Shown one piece after another: positions 32,761-35,687 of a stretch of 35,687 nucleotides of DNA. The stretch comes from Candidatus Falkowbacteria bacterium (GTDB lineage: Bacteria > Patescibacteriota > Patescibacteriia > Patescibacteriales > UBA12075). The position numbers were made by a program, and so were the translations under genes. Where the stretch lies: the NCBI GenBank assembly GCA_030600505.1, contig JAUVLY010000001.1:1-35687 (forward strand), given 5' to 3'. Positions within the stretch are counted from its first letter, which is position 1. Every line of letters starts with the position of its first letter. Under the pieces are notes generated by a model that was given only the letters and a program-made list of their open reading frames with translations, was not told the DNA's origin and did no database searches.

Positions 32761-33699
32761 ATGGATAATATAGAGCCTACAATTGAACATTTTAGCGCAG
32801 AGGAAGATGTCTCTACCGAACATGTGACTGCCAATGAGCATGCCGAAATTGAAGAGCATGTCAGCGACGAACACGTTGTGGCTGATATTCACGAAGAGGT
32901 ATCCCATGACCACACCCTTTTTGCTGAACCAATATTTAACATTGGCAACTTTACCGTGACCAATTCGCTGCTCAATTCCTGGATTGTGGTTATTTTAGTG
33001 GTAATTATAGCTATCTTGGTCAAAAGAAATGTTAAGACAATACCCGGTAAAATCCAGAATATAATGGAAATGGTTGTGGATGGTTTTTTGGATATATTTG
33101 ATTCGGTTACCGGTTCGCGGGATAAGAGCCTTAAATTTTTCCCGCTGGTGTTTGCTTTTTTTGTTTTTATATTAATAAACAATTGGCTTGGCCTGCTTCC
33201 CGGCATTGGCTCTATCGGAAAAATTGCCGTGCACGACGGCCACGCTGCTTTTATCCCTTATTTCCGGGGCGGCACCGCGGATTTAAATACTACATTGGCC
33301 CTGGCCATAATTGGGGTCGTGTTTTCACATATATTCGGGGTAATGGCGCTGGGCGCGTGGAAGTATTTTAATAAGTTTATTAATATCAAGGCGCTTTTGG
33401 AAATTCCCAAGAAATTCAAGAAAGACCCAAGCGTTATAATTGTAAACCCGATCAAAGCTTTTGTCGGACTGATTGAAATAATCGGCGAGGCCGCCAAGGT
33501 GGCCAGCCTTTCTTTCCGGCTCTTTGGCAATATTTTTGCCGGCGAGGTTTTGCTTGCTTCAATGGCCGCGATTCTGGCTTTTGGCCTGCCCATCCCTTTC
33601 ATGTTTTTGGAAGTGATAGTCGGTCTAATTCAGGCTTTAATATTTGCCATGCTTATCCTGGCCTATCTCACCATGGCCACAAGCGCGGAAGAACATTAA
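32761..33699 (+). CDS. atpB: F0F1 ATP synthase subunit a
   Basis: PGKIQN..E, NWLGLLPG, TADLNTTLAL, SLSFRLFGNIFAGE and IQALIF.ML; ATG at 32761. Confidence 0.96.
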   Translation: MDNIEPTIEHFSAEEDVSTEHVTANEHAEIEEHVSDEHVVADIHEEVSHDHTLFAEPIFNIGNFTVTNSLLNSWIVVILVVIIAILVKRNVKTIPGKIQNIMEMVVDGFLDIFDSVTGSRDKSLKFFPLVFAFFVFILINNWLGLLPGIGSIGKIAVHDGHAAFIPYFRGGTADLNTTLALAIIGVVFSHIFGVMALGAWKYFNKFINIKALLEIPKKFKKDPSVIIVNPIKAFVGLIEIIGEAAKVASLSFRLFGNIFAGEVLLASMAAILAFGLPIPFMFLEVIVGLIQALIFAMLILAYLTMATSAEEH

Positions 33700-33701
33700 T
33701 T

Positions 33702-34029
<328 letters not shown>

Positions 34030-34101
34030 AGGGTGATTATTTAGTATTTTTACGGATGGGAGGTGAATTTCGCCTCTCAGTGTTAGAATATTAATAACCC
34101 C

Positions 34102-34195
34102 GTCATTCTGAACCCACGAAGTGGGTGAAGAATCCCGTCGAAAACATATTAACGTTATCATCGAGATCCTTCGTCGCTTTGCTCCTCAGGATGAC
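34102..34195. repeat. GTCATTCTGA...TCAGGATGAC nested-palindrome element
   Basis: 10-bp terminal inverted repeat with one G.T; inner GAAGAATC/GATCCTTC; hairpin ACCCAC-GAA-GTGGGT. Confidence 0.7.
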
Positions 34196-34206
34196 ATTAC
34201 AAATAC

Positions 34207-34695
34207 ATGGACAGTCTAATCGACACATTTCATATCGACATTAAACTTTTAATTGCCCAAACAATTAATTTCGCTATCGTGATCTCGGTTTTGTATTTTT
34301 TCGCCCTTAAGCCTTTAATTAAAGTAATGAAAGACCGGACCGCGAAGATCGAGAAAAGCCTGGAAGACGCCAAAAAGATCGACGAGAAGCTGGATAAAAC
34401 TAACCGGGAGTATAAAAAGGTTTTGGCGGATGCCAAAAAGGAGGCTAATGCCATTTTGGAAAAAACACAGGAAGAATCAGAGGCTAAGCGCGTAGTTATG
34501 TTAAACCGGGCCAAAGAAGAGATCGGCGCGGTAATCAGTGAAGAAAAAGTTAAAATTCAACAGGAAAAAGCTAAGATGCTCAAAGAGGTCAAAACCGAAT
34601 TAGCCGACCTGGTAATTGCAAGCACCGAAAAAGTTTTAGAGAAAAAAATTGATTCTAAGCAGGATAGAGAAATGATTAAAAAGACAGTAAGATAA
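34207..34695 (+). CDS. atpF: F0F1 ATP synthase subunit b
   Basis: LIAQTINF..LYFFALKP..MKDR..I...L, followed by a charged coiled coil. Confidence 0.95.
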   Translation: MDSLIDTFHIDIKLLIAQTINFAIVISVLYFFALKPLIKVMKDRTAKIEKSLEDAKKIDEKLDKTNREYKKVLADAKKEANAILEKTQEESEAKRVVMLNRAKEEIGAVISEEKVKIQQEKAKMLKEVKTELADLVIASTEKVLEKKIDSKQDREMIKKTVR

Positions 34696-34756
34696 TCATA
34701 TTAATCTTATAAATCTTTGCAAAAAAATTAGCAGGGATTTATATGATTTATAAGAT

Positions 34757-35161
34757 ATGAGAAAAACAAGCAAACAATACGCCAACGCGTTATATAACAG
34801 CGTCTGTAGAGACGAGGCACTGCCTCGTCTAAGTATCGTTATCCAGGCCTTTGTTGAGATTTTGATTGCTGACAATATGATTAACCAGGCAGATAAAATA
34901 ATTAAAGAATTCATTAAAATTTGGAACAAGGAGAAGGGGATAGTGGAGGCAAATATTAAATCAACCAGAGAGCTGGATGAAGCGCAAATAAAATCTTTGA
35001 ATATATATATAAAGAAATTAGCCAAAGCCAGAATAGTAGAAATAAAAACCGCCGAGGACAAGAGTTTGCTCGGCGGGATTGTGATTCGTTATGGCGACAA
35101 GGTTCTGGACGCTAGCTTAAAGAACAGGCTAATAAATCTAAGACAAGAAATAAAGAAATAA
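34757..35161 (+). CDS. atpH: F0F1 ATP synthase subunit delta (short form)
   Basis: KQYANAL, DKSLLGGIVIRYGDKVLDASLK; operon position. Confidence 0.92.
   Translation: MRKTSKQYANALYNSVCRDEALPRLSIVIQAFVEILIADNMINQADKIIKEFIKIWNKEKGIVEANIKSTRELDEAQIKSLNIYIKKLAKARIVEIKTAEDKSLLGGIVIRYGDKVLDASLKNRLINLRQEIKK
34806..34830 (+). repeat. GTAG-REP-like palindrome inside atpH
   Basis: GTAG AGACGAGGCA C TGCCTCGTCT (perfect 10-bp arms); translated as CRDEALPRL. Confidence 0.75.
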
Positions 35162-35250
35162 ATTTATAAGTTGTAATTTGCAAACAATTTTGTTTATACC
35201 CGCAGGGTACTTTGTAAATTATAAATTATAAATTATAAATTTAAACACAT

Positions 35251-35687
35251 ATGAGTAATACCAAAGAATTTATAGTAGAAGAATTAAAAAATCAAATCGC
35301 CGGTTTTAAGGCGGATGTTAAGGAAGAGACTGTGGGCACAGTAACCGAGGTCGGGGACGGCATTGCCCGTATTTCCGGTTTGTCGGACTGTATGATGAAT
35401 GAGATGCTTGAGTTTAGCTCCGCTAAACACACGGATGGACACGGATCAGAGACGAATAAACACGGATTAGAGAAAGTGTATGGGGTGGCACTTAATCTGG
35501 AAGAAGATATGGTGGGGGCGGTAATTTTGGGTGAGTTTGAGGGCGTAAAGGAAGGCGATCAGGTAAAGAGCACTAAGCGTATTTTGGAAGTACCGGTTGG
35601 CCAGCAAATGGTTGGCCGTGTAGTTAACGCGCTGGGTGAGCCGATTGACGGCCAGGGCGAAATTAATACGGATACTCATTATCCGAT
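35251..35687 (+). CDS. atpA: F0F1 ATP synthase subunit alpha (truncated by the window end)
   Basis: [51 protein letters not shown]; absent from the ORF track because there is no stop in the window. Confidence 0.96.
   Translation, partial: MSNTKEFIVEELKNQIAGFKADVKEETVGTVTEVGDGIARISGLSDCMMNEMLEFSSAKHTDGHGSETNKHGLEKVYGVALNLEEDMVGAVILGEFEGVKEGDQVKSTKRILEVPVGQQMVGRVVNALGEPIDGQGEINTDTHYP

Overview
AT-rich bacterial chromosome segment, standard genetic code. Its style (many ORFans, secreted surface proteins, short MetG, repeat-filled spacers) suggests Patescibacteria/CPR, possibly Parcubacteria; this is an inference. The left part (~0.8-5.1 kb) is a probable island holding a SAM methyltransferase plus a radical SAM / WD40 / divergent monothiol glutaredoxin operon. 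It abuts the 3' end of a tRNA-Asn(GUU) gene that the ORF track cannot show. That tRNA is split inside the anticodon by a 599-nt group I intron carrying an HNH endonuclease in the P1 loop. The middle (~6-22 kb) is accessory: an OpgB-GDPD fusion, a CFA-synthase-like methyltransferase, hemolysin III, LysM-RlpA, a ZIP transporter, a PAS histidine kinase with a receiver protein, a Cys-rich lipoprotein and many monocistronic ORFans. The right part is housekeeping: rsmI, NUDIX, metG, cvpA, tsaC, tatD and the atp operon up to a truncated atpA. The non-coding DNA carries several dispersed structured repeat families: a five-copy two-hairpin element with compensatory base changes, GTAG-REP-like palindromes (two inside coding sequences), and short-period tandem arrays followed by their reverse complements.
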